64,000 bases of DNA from a virus: positions 9,170-73,169 of the IMG/VR virus record IMGVR_UViG_3300042465_004839, one strand, 5' to 3'. The notes beneath the pieces were generated by a model. The model was not told the origin of the DNA. It searched no databases and worked only from the letters and a program-made list of their open reading frames with translations. Below, one piece after another: positions 1-9,269 of this stretch. Position 1 is the first letter of the stretch. Every line of letters starts with the position of its first letter. A program made the translations under genes and the position numbers.

Positions 1-1
1 T

Positions 2-886
2 GACACAAAGAAAGGTCAGAAGGAGCAAGTAGAGGCATACAGAGATATGTTAGACGAGGAAACTAAAATATTTTTACGCAAGATTGAGAATACTATTAAG
101 GCATCATTTGATGATAGAACTGAACTAACAAGTAAGGTTAAACAACACAAAGCGTGGATACAAGAAAGCCCATTGTTTGGCAAGGACTTGGATATAGAGC
201 CTTTAGATGCTGCTGAAATTCAGATGGAGTTAGAGGCGGCTAACAAGAAAAATATTCAAGTAGACAAGGTTTTAGAGAACCTTGAAATAAGGTCTAAAGA
301 CATTGCTGTTTGGGACGAGGAAATTAAACACTTACAAGCTAAAATATTTGCTGCTAAACAGTCGGATGAGTTGGCTGCTAAGTGGATTCCTGCTAACCCT
401 AAGGTAGATGTAACAACTATTACTGCTAAGTTTAACACAATAAGTGAACACAACAAGAGGGCTGAACAAGCTGCTGAACAGAAACGTAAAATAGTAAAGT
501 TAGAGAAGTTAGAGGAAGAGGTTGGAGATTTAACTGTTATAATTGAAACAGGAAGACAGTCACTTCAAGATGCTATTAGAGACATGAACCCAATTGTAGA
601 GGGTCTATACTTTGATGATGACCAACTACTTTACAATGGTATTCCTGTAAGTACAACAACATTGGCTACATCTGAAATTATTGAGTTAGGGTTTAAACTC
701 AAGATGGCACAGAATCCAGAGTTAGGGTTAGTATGTTTAGAGCATGGAGAATCGCTTGGAAACGAAAGACTTAAACATATACTTGCCATTGCCAAGAAAA
801 ACAATTGGCAGTTGATAATTGAGGAGGTTAAACGTGGTCAAGAAAACTTAACCTTTGAGTTTATAGCCGATGCTGAAGATAAGTAA
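2..886 (+). CDS. SMC/SbcC-like coiled-coil ATPase, C-terminal part (5' truncated by window edge)
   Basis: Frame is open from nt 2; long coiled coil followed by ABC-signature-like LATSE and a deviant Walker-B region (VCLEHGESL). Confidence 0.65.
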   Translation, partial: DTKKGQKEQVEAYRDMLDEETKIFLRKIENTIKASFDDRTELTSKVKQHKAWIQESPLFGKDLDIEPLDAAEIQMELEAANKKNIQVDKVLENLEIRSKDIAVWDEEIKHLQAKIFAAKQSDELAAKWIPANPKVDVTTITAKFNTISEHNKRAEQAAEQKRKIVKLEKLEEEVGDLTVIIETGRQSLQDAIRDMNPIVEGLYFDDDQLLYNGIPVSTTTLATSEIIELGFKLKMAQNPELGLVCLEHGESLGNERLKHILAIAKKNNWQLIIEEVKRGQENLTFEFIADAEDK

Positions 887-1094
887 TGAAGACTTATTTA
901 ATAGTCTAATTGCTTTAACATCAAAAGGGAATAGTTTAGAACATAGCTGCGAGATAATTAGTGTTTCTCGTGGCTATGTTTATCAAAAGCTGTCCGTAGA
1001 ACAGTTGAAAGCAATTAAAGAATCTAAAATTAAGAAACCTAAAAAACAATACAAACACGTTAATCACAAAAAAGAATTTAATGGATATTACTAA
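870..1094 (+). CDS. small HTH-like protein
   Basis: KGNSLEHSCEIISVSRGYVYQKL has an HTH pattern; overlaps both neighbours. Confidence 0.5.
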   Translation: MLKISNEDLFNSLIALTSKGNSLEHSCEIISVSRGYVYQKLSVEQLKAIKESKIKKPKKQYKHVNHKKEFNGYY

Positions 1095-1341
1095 GAAGAA
1101 GATGACAACAGAGGAGATATTAGCAGTACTTCATTACCGTAAAGACAAAGTACACGTTGGGAAGTCAATATACAAGCACGTTAGTATGTTTGAGTATGAA
1201 AAGATAGTATACTACAAGGCACAGATTGCCAAGTTTAAGTGGCATAAATTTTTTACCACAGAGAAACAAGCTGCAAAGGCAGTAGACATTAAACTAATAG
1301 AAAAAGGGTTAAGCCCACTAAACATTTTAAAAGCAAATTAA
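1081..1341 (+). CDS. AP2-domain-like DNA-binding protein
   Basis: YKHVS...YKAQI...FTTEKQAAKAVD resembles the AP2 fold consensus. Confidence 0.55.
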   Translation: MDITKKKMTTEEILAVLHYRKDKVHVGKSIYKHVSMFEYEKIVYYKAQIAKFKWHKFFTTEKQAAKAVDIKLIEKGLSPLNILKAN

Positions 1342-1343
1342 TA

Positions 1344-1883
1344 ATGAACGCAAAAGAATATTACTGTAAACAATTTACTATAAACAAAGAGAAACAAGAA
1401 AAAGATGTTCTTTACACTAAGAACGATATGATAAAATTTGCTGCTAATTATCATCTTTACAAAAAGATATCAACAGAAGATTTTGAGGATGAGGAAGATA
1501 AAATAGAAACAATAGATCAGGTTATAACGAGGGCAAAGAATGCTGTTGAATTAATAACAGGAGTAACATTTAATATGATGAATGATAAAACAAGACAAAG
1601 AAACATAGTGTACCCAAAGTATATGTTTTATGCTCTCTTAAAAAGGTATTCTAATTTAAAACTTACTGGTATAGCTAAATTGTTTTTCAGAAAATCATGG
1701 AATCCAGTACTTAAAAAGACAGTACTATGCCACCCACACCATTCAAGTATTATAAGTGGTCTTAAAAATATAGAGGACATAGAATATATGGGCAAGATAG
1801 ATGAGTGGTATCTAACTTGGGATTCAGTACATAGAACATTTTTAACAACTAATTTAAAAGAAAAAACTACTCCACAAGGGTAG
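1344..1883 (+). CDS. DnaA domain IV-like HTH protein
   Basis: KTRQRNIVYPKYMFYALLKRYSNLKLTGIAKLF...HHSSIISGLKNI follows the DnaA C-terminal pattern. Confidence 0.65.
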   Translation: MNAKEYYCKQFTINKEKQEKDVLYTKNDMIKFAANYHLYKKISTEDFEDEEDKIETIDQVITRAKNAVELITGVTFNMMNDKTRQRNIVYPKYMFYALLKRYSNLKLTGIAKLFFRKSWNPVLKKTVLCHPHHSSIISGLKNIEDIEYMGKIDEWYLTWDSVHRTFLTTNLKEKTTPQG

Positions 1884-1890
1884 TTTTTTT
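1860..1890 (+). terminator. putative intrinsic terminator
   Basis: AAAAAACTAC-TCC ACAA GG-GTAGTTTTTTT hairpin with T-run over the stop codon. Confidence 0.5.
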
Positions 1891-1898
1891 ATATCTAT

Positions 1899-2372
1899 AT
1901 GAAAATAAAAAATTGTAGCAAATGTCAAAACGATTTTACACCACATTTAAGCAGTAAAACTTGTGATGTGTGTAAACGTACCGAATATTACCTTAAAACT
2001 CAAGAGAGGGCTAAAAACAAGCCAAAAAAGGCTATTAAAAAAGTAAGTGATAAACAAAAGAGTAGAATAGTGGCTAACAAAGATTATTATGTCCAGCAAA
2101 TTGCTCGGCATATGGATGAGAATAAAGGTTTATGCCCATGTGAAAACTGTGGTGTTGAAATTGTTAATCCATCAGGAAGGAATGTGAGTCATATTATAGC
2201 AGGATCAGCTAATAGTGCTTTGTACCATCATCCATTGAATAGATTTATTCTTTGCCACGACTGTGAGAGAGTATGGACTAACGAGGACAAGACTAAACTA
2301 AAAATCTACCAAACCTCCGAAGAGAGAATGATAGACTTAAAGAATTTTTATTATACTACTACTGTGGTATAA
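1899..2372 (+). CDS. Zn-binding HNH-like nuclease (NinG/Ref-like)
   Basis: Four CxxC pairs; CENC...SHII...LNRFILCHDC. Confidence 0.6.
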   Translation: MKIKNCSKCQNDFTPHLSSKTCDVCKRTEYYLKTQERAKNKPKKAIKKVSDKQKSRIVANKDYYVQQIARHMDENKGLCPCENCGVEIVNPSGRNVSHIIAGSANSALYHHPLNRFILCHDCERVWTNEDKTKLKIYQTSEERMIDLKNFYYTTTVV

Positions 2373-2399
2373 TATTTTGTTGTGTTTTTAAATAGTTAA

Positions 2400-2582
2400 T
2401 CATTTCTTTAACTGTTTGCTAAAGAATGATTCTATCTGGTCCTTGTTTACGACAGTAAAGTCTTGTTCGTTGCAATAGTTTACAGCATTTTGTAAGTCTT
2501 TGCATAAAGTACTTTCACTTCCATCAGTTCTCTTTACTTTTACTTTACTTGATCCGATAATTACTTCTATTTTTGCATTCAT
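2400..2582 (-). CDS. hypothetical protein
   Basis: ATG start, last gene of the leftward array. Confidence 0.55.
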   Translation of the reverse strand: MNAKIEVIIGSSKVKVKRTDGSESTLCKDLQNAVNYCNEQDFTVVNKDQIESFFSKQLKK

Positions 2583-2601
2583 TTTAGTATTTGTTGTGTC
2601 T

Positions 2602-2799
2602 TTAATCAGCCAATTGATTTATAAACAAGTGTTCTATTTCTTTTATGTTATCTCTACGTTCCTGCAAATGTATAGGTTTTAGTCTTGGATTCTTACTTTG
2701 CTCTAACTTCTTTAGTTGTGCCTTGCAATTGTTAATGTATTTCAAGCTCATCCCACACAGTAACTGCCTTTGTTTTTCGGTTATGATTAGTTGTTTCAT
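2602..2799 (-). CDS. hypothetical protein
   Basis: ATG overlaps upstream stop. Confidence 0.55.
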   Translation of the reverse strand: MKQLIITEKQRQLLCGMSLKYINNCKAQLKKLEQSKNPRLKPIHLQERRDNIKEIEHLFINQLAD

Positions 2800-3062
2800 T
2801 ATTTATCTTTATTAAATCTTTTGTGGAAATATCTTTCAGAATTATCTATTAAGTCTATTAAATCGTATAGATTATTATAGTCTAACGTAATATAAGTTAA
2901 ATTTTCAGTATCTATCTTTACTGACTTGCTGTAATCAAATGTTAAATCTAATTCATCTAATTCAGCATCTAAAATTTTTGCTGTTACTGACTCCTTTTTC
3001 TTAATTAACTTGCCAACTTTTGGGCATAAAAATTTCTCTAAATCTTTTTCTTTGTTTTTCAT
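2799..3062 (-). CDS. hypothetical protein
   Basis: ATG overlaps upstream stop. Confidence 0.6.
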   Translation of the reverse strand: MKNKEKDLEKFLCPKVGKLIKKKESVTAKILDAELDELDLTFDYSKSVKIDTENLTYITLDYNNLYDLIDLIDNSERYFHKRFNKDK

Positions 3063-3580
3063 TATGATTTATTTTTTTTAATTATTTGTTTTAGTTTACT
3101 GATATATTTCTCATCCTGTGCATAGATACTTGATAGTAGTTTAAAGTACTCAGCATCGGTTGTAATGAATAGGGCATTTTGTATCTGGAATGCTTTATAG
3201 TCAAGGATACAATCTTCTACTGACTCATACTTTGCATAAGCTCCATAGTCGTGGCTGTTGATAGCAAAGGTAAATCTTTGCGCTGCGACTCGCATACCAA
3301 AGCAATTCAAATTGTTTTTAAACACTTGTGACTTAAAGTTACTGCTTTCTAATATTGCCTGTGCCATTACAATGTGGCTAAACTTTATTTTGTGCTTTTC
3401 AATACTTGACTTAAAACAATCAATGTCTATTTTGTTTTCAAGGCAGTTGGCAATAGATAATTCCTTTTCAAGTGTAGTCACTTTCTTATTAGGTAGCAGT
3501 TGAATTACTGCTACACCTGTTACTGCACCAATAATAAATATTATTAGTACTATGGCTATATCTCTTTTAAATTCTTTCAT
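3062..3580 (-). CDS. glucosaminidase (GH73-like peptidoglycan hydrolase) with N-terminal transmembrane anchor
   Basis: AQAILES, NCFGMR and YAQDxxY motifs; hydrophobic residues ~8-29. Confidence 0.85.
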   Translation of the reverse strand: MKEFKRDIAIVLIIFIIGAVTGVAVIQLLPNKKVTTLEKELSIANCLENKIDIDCFKSSIEKHKIKFSHIVMAQAILESSNFKSQVFKNNLNCFGMRVAAQRFTFAINSHDYGAYAKYESVEDCILDYKAFQIQNALFITTDAEYFKLLSSIYAQDEKYISKLKQIIKKNKS

Positions 3581-4161
3581 GTGTTTTTATTTATAGTAGC
3601 AAAATTATTAAAGTCACTATTGCTGATTACATCTCCATAAAAATCAATTTCATTTACTTCCTCATTTACCAAAGCAAAGTCTAATAAAGCTCCGAGTACA
3701 TGGCTATCTTTATCTAATACAGTAAAGTCAGATGTGTCTTCAGCCCATTCTACTGCACTATTAAATCTAAATGATGTAAAGCCATCGTATGAAGTGTATC
3801 TTTCTTTTAAATAGGTATCAAAAGCATCGTAATTACTTTGTATGTACTTTGCAATGTTACTTACTACAGGAATAACATCTACGTCTACTGCATCATTAGT
3901 GTAGTTATAGTACTTAGGGGATACAATTTTTTGATATTTCATTGACTCAATTAGTCCTAATTCAATTAGTTTAATTTCAATTTCATCAGTTAACAAATCA
4001 GCTATTTGTTCATTGTAACCTTTCCAGTCTACTTCCACGTCATCTAAATCATCTACTTCATTGTACTCACGATATTCATCTAATTCACTATCTCCATCCC
4101 ATATTGTATTGTAAAAGCCATTGAATAATGGTAACCACGTTTCTATTGTTTTATTTTCCAT
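3577..4161 (-). CDS. acidic hypothetical phage protein
   Basis: 194 aa, D/E-rich, FNGFYNT and SPKYYNY motifs; ACACA leader. Confidence 0.7.
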   Translation of the reverse strand: MENKTIETWLPLFNGFYNTIWDGDSELDEYREYNEVDDLDDVEVDWKGYNEQIADLLTDEIEIKLIELGLIESMKYQKIVSPKYYNYTNDAVDVDVIPVVSNIAKYIQSNYDAFDTYLKERYTSYDGFTSFRFNSAVEWAEDTSDFTVLDKDSHVLGALLDFALVNEEVNEIDFYGDVISNSDFNNFATINKNT

Positions 4162-4177
4162 AATTTTTATTGTGTTT

Positions 4178-4417
4178 TTAAATTGTTTGGTATTGTATGT
4201 TTAAAGGATTAATTAACTTGCCATCCATCACGATTTCAACTACTGTATACGTTTCTTTTGGGGAAATTCGTAGCATCTTGCTGATACTTTCAGCAGCTTT
4301 GATCCTTTCATTCTGATGGAATTCTAATATTTTAATAATTGTTCTTCTTAACTGTGGCGTTAGTTTTGTTACCCTGTTGTTTAGCTCTGTGGCTATTTGT
4401 CCATTAGTTAAATTCAT
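4178..4417 (-). CDS. HTH-like hypothetical protein
   Basis: AAESISKMLRISPKETYTVV. Confidence 0.5.
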   Translation of the reverse strand: MNLTNGQIATELNNRVTKLTPQLRRTIIKILEFHQNERIKAAESISKMLRISPKETYTVVEIVMDGKLINPLNIQYQTI

Positions 4418-4577
4418 AATTTTTGTACTATTTTTATGTGATTAATAATTACATCTTGTTTAATTGCTGTCAGTTTACTTAATAGTTTTATTGTTTTAAT
4501 GGTTGGATCTTCTAAATCTTGTTTTAACTGCTTATTGTATTTAAAACAATCTACTATGTTTGCCTTTTGATGACTGT

Positions 4578-4772
4578 TCATATCTTTCTTAAATTAAAAG
4601 GTATAGCATCTAATCCCCAGTTAAACTTGTAACCTACTGCTAACAGCTCTAATTCCATATTTACAAGTGTAGTAAATTCAGCATCTTCATTGCTGTAAAA
4701 GTTTACAATATCTTTTGCTTCTTGTGGTAATTGGTCAATGTTTTCAAACAAGTCTACATATTCTACTTTCAT
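4578..4772 (-). CDS. hypothetical protein
   Basis: ATG start in tightly packed array. Confidence 0.65.
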   Translation of the reverse strand: MKVEYVDLFENIDQLPQEAKDIVNFYSNEDAEFTTLVNMELELLAVGYKFNWGLDAIPFNLRKI

Positions 4773-4774
4773 AT

Positions 4775-4975
4775 TTATTGTGTATTTAAATTGTTATCAA
4801 TAAATTCTATGTCTACACATTTGCACATCAATTCCTCAGGAAATGCTCCACAATTAAAGTATGCACCAATGAAGTATGCCTTTGCTTCGGATTCAGTTAC
4901 ACTACTACTTATATTCGTAGTGTAATTGTTTTCAGCATCATCAAATTTTACGTTTACTGTATTTAGTTTGCCCAT
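4775..4975 (-). CDS. hypothetical protein
   Basis: ATG preceded by AAAAACACA leader. Confidence 0.7.
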   Translation of the reverse strand: MGKLNTVNVKFDDAENNYTTNISSSVTESEAKAYFIGAYFNCGAFPEELMCKCVDIEFIDNNLNTQ

Positions 4976-5200
4976 TTTTATGTGTTTTTTAATTTTTAAA
5001 TTTGTTTGTGTTTGTATGTTTAAAATCTTTCGTTAAATTGTTGTAATCGTTTGACAAGCATTCTATCTGATTCAAAAAGTATTTGTCTTTCAATAGGCTG
5101 TAAATCTTTGTATACATCAGTTGTTTTACTGATTAATGGATGGGGATATTGTGCTTTTAAAATATCACTTGCTAATTTTAATTGTTCGCTGTTCATAATT

Positions 5201-5404
5201 CTAAATATAATTTTCGTAGTAAAATGATTGTTCAACAACAGGTAATTGTGTTTTTAAAACAATATGGTTATTGTTAATTGGCGCAATTCCATAACCAAAA
5301 TGTATTGATAGTCTTTCTATCACTTGCTTTTTGGATGTTGCTTGTATTTGTATTTTGTGCTTTTTGTTTAAAGCTTTCGTTATTGTTACAATATAATTTT
5401 TCAT
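5201..5404 (-). CDS. hypothetical protein
   Basis: AATTATG start. Confidence 0.55.
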   Translation of the reverse strand: MKNYIVTITKALNKKHKIQIQATSKKQVIERLSIHFGYGIAPINNNHIVLKTQLPVVEQSFYYENYI

Positions 5405-5408
5405 AATT

Positions 5409-5615
5409 TTATGTGGTTTTACAAAGTTTTTTTAATTCATTTAAATCTTTAATTCTAACACTATCCCAATTGCCTTTAGTCAAATCTATTAAAGGCATAT
5501 TGTTAGTTATAGTTGTATACTTATTGTATGTAACTGGGCTTGTATAGGTTACTTCGTAGTGACCATAGCCATTGAATCTAAATGTAAAATCGTTTAGTCT
5601 AATCTTATTTTTCAT
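5409..5615 (-). CDS. hypothetical protein
   Basis: GYGHYEVTYTSP motif; triple leader repeat upstream. Confidence 0.7.
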   Translation of the reverse strand: MKNKIRLNDFTFRFNGYGHYEVTYTSPVTYNKYTTITNNMPLIDLTKGNWDSVRIKDLNELKKLCKTT

Positions 5616-5647
5616 TGTGTTTTTTATGTGTTTTTTATGTGTTTTTA
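5616..5647. repeat. tandem 11-nt repeat (TGTGTTTTTTA)x3, a triplicated leader motif
   Basis: Units start at 5616, 5627 and 5638. Confidence 0.85.
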
Positions 5648-5989
5648 AATTGTCATTCGTGTAATTTCTGATATTATTAATTGAAAACTGTTAGATTGTA
5701 ATTGTAAGTTACCCCTTTTCCACAATTCAATATCTTCAATACTTGCTACATAACCATCAATTTTTTGCAAAAAAGAAGATTCAAAACAATTGTTTTCTAA
5801 ATTTAATTCTAAATCATAGAAGTTTAATTTTGTATACAAATGTTTTTCTAAATAAATGTCAATTGCTTCTTCCCAATCAATTGCATAAATGCTTTGAATT
5901 GAATCGTAACTGCTAACCTGATCACTTTCTCCTTTTTCAAAATCATCATCACATACATGATGGAATGATTCTATTTCGTATTTTCTCAT
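5645..5989 (-). CDS. acidic hypothetical protein
   Basis: ACACA leader, ATG. Confidence 0.7.
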   Translation of the reverse strand: MRKYEIESFHHVCDDDFEKGESDQVSSYDSIQSIYAIDWEEAIDIYLEKHLYTKLNFYDLELNLENNCFESSFLQKIDGYVASIEDIELWKRGNLQLQSNSFQLIISEITRMTI

Positions 5990-6007
5990 AATAGTTTTTA
6001 TGTGTTT

Positions 6008-6247
6008 TTAAATTGATATGTAATCTAAACTTTCGTATGTATAGAATTCTATGTAGTTATTTGGATAGGCATTTTCTAATGCAGTCATTAAATCATCATT
6101 GGAATATTCTATACCATTGTTTCTTTCTGATAAAACGATAGGCTGTATCACATCCATAATTTCATCTTGTTTTAAATCAGTCAATAGTAAGAAATCTTCC
6201 TCCTGAAATGCTGTAGTATTGATGTTTATAATGTTTAACTTTTTCAT
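6008..6247 (-). CDS. acidic hypothetical protein
   Basis: ACACA leader, ATG. Confidence 0.7.
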   Translation of the reverse strand: MKKLNIININTTAFQEEDFLLLTDLKQDEIMDVIQPIVLSERNNGIEYSNDDLMTALENAYPNNYIEFYTYESLDYISI

Positions 6248-6283
6248 AATTTTTTGTTGTGTTTTTTAATTGTTGATTGTTTT

Positions 6284-6526
6284 TTAAAATTTTGATAGAT
6301 AAATATTTAAAGGTATAAGGTCAAATTCTTCTTCGGTTTCTTCTACAAAATCATCATCATTAATATAATCTATTTTTCTGTTATCGTTATGTTGTTGTAA
6401 CCATTCTGAAAAATGATTTTTATTTTCAATTATCACTTCTAATTTTTGGTTATCCCCATTTCCATAGATATCATTATATCTTACTATGTACATTTCTTTT
6501 GCTGATTTTTCTTTACTTGTTTTCAT
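6284..6526 (-). CDS. acidic hypothetical protein
   Basis: ACACA leader, ATG. Confidence 0.7.
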   Translation of the reverse strand: MKTSKEKSAKEMYIVRYNDIYGNGDNQKLEVIIENKNHFSEWLQQHNDNRKIDYINDDDFVEETEEEFDLIPLNIYLSKF

Positions 6527-6557
6527 AATTTTTTGTTGTGTTTTTTAATTTTTAGGT

Positions 6558-6752
6558 TTATAATATTTGATTTAAATAAATTGGTTTTAAGGTATAATTA
6601 TTTTTCAATTTGTATGTTTGACCAGTGCAAATGAGATCCATGTAATCAGATAACTGTAATGATTCAATACAATGCTGTTTTATAAGTTTTTTAGTGTTTT
6701 TATCAGCAGTAGAAACTGCTATAATATTACCTTTAAAATATATTGCTTTCAT
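6558..6752 (-). CDS. hypothetical protein
   Basis: ACACA leader abuts ATG. Confidence 0.6.
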   Translation of the reverse strand: MKAIYFKGNIIAVSTADKNTKKLIKQHCIESLQLSDYMDLICTGQTYKLKNNYTLKPIYLNQIL

Positions 6753-6766
6753 GTGTTTTTAAATTG

Positions 6767-6973
6767 TTAGTCTTTTAAAAGCTCTACTGTTAGGTTATAA
6801 AATTTGATGTAAAAATCAATTGGAATTAATGTGTTATATTTATCAGCTTGTCGCATAATTTCAGCCTTAATAATACTAAATTCGTTTTCGCAATTGTTTT
6901 TTTTGCAGTAATTTGTAATGTTTTCAATTCCAGCGTTTCTTAAATTGAAAGATGTTTGTTGTAATGTTTGCAT
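6767..6973 (-). CDS. hypothetical protein
   Basis: ACACA leader, ATG. Confidence 0.65.
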   Translation of the reverse strand: MQTLQQTSFNLRNAGIENITNYCKKNNCENEFSIIKAEIMRQADKYNTLIPIDFYIKFYNLTVELLKD

Positions 6974-6997
6974 AATTTTTTATGTGTTTTTAAATTA

Positions 6998-7189
6998 TTA
7001 ATTTATAAAGTCAGATAGTTTTGTATCTATTGGAAATTGCATATTACCTATCCAAATATTACCATCCTCAGATATAGACAAATCTTTTGTTTTTACATTA
7101 TCGTAATCAGTATAGAATTGTCTAAATTCCTTTATTGCCTGTTTTTCAAATTTTTTATAATTTGTTTTGAATTGTTTTGAAGTATTCAT
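6998..7189 (-). CDS. hypothetical protein
   Basis: ACACA leader, ATG. Confidence 0.65.
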   Translation of the reverse strand: MNTSKQFKTNYKKFEKQAIKEFRQFYTDYDNVKTKDLSISEDGNIWIGNMQFPIDTKLSDFIN

Positions 7190-7261
7190 AATTTTTTTAT
7201 GTGTTTTTTATATGTTTTGTTTAAGTTGAAAGCAGTTTTATAACTTGCTTAGGTTAATGTA

Positions 7262-7432
7262 TTATTGAATTACTATAGTTGAATCTAACGGATATATATT
7301 TAATTTGAGATCCATAATCATTTTGTTAAAATCAAATGACCAAAATTGCCTATCCAATTGAATCAAATTACTTTTTTCATTATAGTAATATGGAATTGAA
7401 TTGCTTTTTAAATACTTAATAATTTTTTTCAT
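7262..7432 (-). CDS. 56-aa hypothetical protein (not in ORF track)
   Basis: MKKIIKYLKSNSIPYYYNEK...IVIQ*; ACACA leader at 7443. Confidence 0.6.
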   Translation of the reverse strand: MKKIIKYLKSNSIPYYYNEKSNLIQLDRQFWSFDFNKMIMDLKLNIYPLDSTIVIQ

Positions 7433-7457
7433 AATTGTTTTATGTGTTTTTAAGTTG

Positions 7458-7781
7458 TTAGTTATTAATTAATTCTTTTAGCATTTTAGAATTGAAACAA
7501 ATTGTTTCAAATTGACTTAAATATTCATCGTTATTTTGTATTTCGTGCAATTCGCATCCAATATAATCGCAAACTGATTCATTGAATTCATTTACTGATA
7601 CAATTTTGGCATAACTACAGGCATTCATAACATCCGTAACCATCAATATTGGATCACAGCCTAAAGTATATTTATAGTATACGTTTAACGATTTTAAGTA
7701 AGGCTGTAAGCTCTCATAATTAATACTTGTGGTTTTATCATTATTTAGTTTAATGATATCGTTTAAATTTAAATTTTTCAT
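7458..7781 (-). CDS. hypothetical protein
   Basis: ACACA leader, ATG. Confidence 0.65.
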   Translation of the reverse strand: MKNLNLNDIIKLNNDKTTSINYESLQPYLKSLNVYYKYTLGCDPILMVTDVMNACSYAKIVSVNEFNESVCDYIGCELHEIQNNDEYLSQFETICFNSKMLKELINN

Positions 7782-7818
7782 AATTGTTTTTTGTGTTTTT
7801 AAATTTTTAAAATTTGTT

Positions 7819-8169
7819 TTATTTGGTCATTAAATTGATTGTATCTAAAATTTGATTTGCAGTAAAATAATCATTTATGCTATCAGTTAATTTTGTAATT
7901 TCTATTTTTTGGTTTAATTCATAATGATAGCATTTATCGTAAAAGGCAGTTTTTACCTTTCCTGAAATATGATATCGTTTATTTGAATGCTTTAAATTAT
8001 AAGGCTGTATTGTAATGATATCAACAAAACAAGTTTTATTATTAATATCTATAACTTTTTTTTGTAATGATGCGCCAACATTTACCAACTTTCCATTGGA
8101 ATAATAATTGATAGGAATAAAGCCTAAATTTTTTAAGGTATCCCAACTTTTTAATTTTGTTATGTTCAT
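7819..8169 (-). CDS. hypothetical protein
   Basis: ACACA leader, ATG. Confidence 0.65.
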   Translation of the reverse strand: MNITKLKSWDTLKNLGFIPINYYSNGKLVNVGASLQKKVIDINNKTCFVDIITIQPYNLKHSNKRYHISGKVKTAFYDKCYHYELNQKIEITKLTDSINDYFTANQILDTINLMTK

Positions 8170-8214
8170 AATTTTAAATGTGTTTTTTAATTGTTTTTAG
8201 ATAAATTCCAGTGT

Positions 8215-8310
8215 TTAAAGTAATTCTACTAAAATGATTAGTAGAATTACTGCAATTGCCAAACCGATAATTTCTGATAAAAATAAAATTGTTTTTATAA
8301 TTGTTTTCAT
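8215..8310 (-). CDS. 31-aa membrane peptide (not in ORF track)
   Basis: MKTIIKTILFLSEIIGLAIAVILLIILVELL*. Confidence 0.5.
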   Translation of the reverse strand: MKTIIKTILFLSEIIGLAIAVILLIILVELL

Positions 8311-8314
8311 AGTA

Positions 8315-8674
8315 CTAATAATTTAATTCATTAAAAAAACTACTAATCTCATTTTCGTAAGAGTAAAATTTATCCCTTTCAACTTGTGATGAAAGTAAAC
8401 TTGCTAATAATTCGCTATTGATATTTTTTAATTCATAGCCATATTCTAACGCTAATTGAATGCTAATATTTAAACTACTATCATAATCTTTTAAATATTG
8501 AATAGCAGTAGAATAATAAATTATTTCAACATCAAAACCATTGTCGTTTTCTATGGCATCCCTTAATTCATCATAACTTGTGATTTCGTCAGTCATGTAG
8601 TATGCCAAATCAATTTGGCTGTCTAAATCTGATAAAAATGATTTTGCTTTTTTTGTGTTTTCAGAGTAATTCAT
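8315..8674 (-). CDS. acidic protein, possible Ocr-like DNA mimic
   Basis: D/E-rich helical protein with EIIYYSTAIQYL...INSELLASLL; early-region position. Confidence 0.5.
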   Translation of the reverse strand: MNYSENTKKAKSFLSDLDSQIDLAYYMTDEITSYDELRDAIENDNGFDVEIIYYSTAIQYLKDYDSSLNISIQLALEYGYELKNINSELLASLLSSQVERDKFYSYENEISSFFNELNY

Positions 8675-8713
8675 AATTTGTTTTTTGTGTTTTTAAATTG
8701 TTAGGAATTTATG

Positions 8714-9247
8714 TTAGTTAATTTTTTGTATTTTTGGATTTTCTAAAAACATTTTTTGAATTTCATCTAAAAAATTTGAACATTCTAAAACATTTGAATA
8801 ATTAATTTTTTTATTATTAAAACTGATATCAAATTTTACAGTTTTATTAACTTGTTTACTTTTAGAATCAAATTGAGAATTAACATAATATGTACTCATA
8901 TGTAAATAACCATTATGCCCATAACTTTCTTCTAATTTAATGCGACAATGTTTACTTCCATCTAATTCAAAATGAAAATTATAATTTTTAAAAATTTCTT
9001 TTAAACTATCAATAAACTGCAAAAATGTAGCATTACACAAATTATCAAATATTTTATTTTCATTTTCAACATTTGTGTAAAAATCATTTTTTTCAATATT
9101 GTATTCATTTGCCTTGCTAAATAATGAATCAATAACATTGTTTTGAGATTCATTTTTTTGTTTAATAGAATTCATTTGTTGGAATTCTAACACTAAATTG
9201 CTGACCAAATTGTTTTGGCTTTCGGTTAAATTTTTAATTGTTTTCAT
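8714..9247 (-). CDS. hypothetical protein
   Basis: ACACA leader, 177 aa. Confidence 0.65.
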   Translation of the reverse strand: MKTIKNLTESQNNLVSNLVLEFQQMNSIKQKNESQNNVIDSLFSKANEYNIEKNDFYTNVENENKIFDNLCNATFLQFIDSLKEIFKNYNFHFELDGSKHCRIKLEESYGHNGYLHMSTYYVNSQFDSKSKQVNKTVKFDISFNNKKINYSNVLECSNFLDEIQKMFLENPKIQKIN

Positions 9248-9269
9248 AATTGTTTTTTGTGTTTTTAAA

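Noticed and set aside
8220-8250. 13-bp inverted repeat GTAATTCTACTAA/TTAGTAGAATTAC resembling a Cas12a repeat (RNA anti-CRISPR)
   Set aside because: AATTCTAC rather than AATTTCTAC, the loop is far too long, it is single-copy and it lies within a small membrane-peptide ORF
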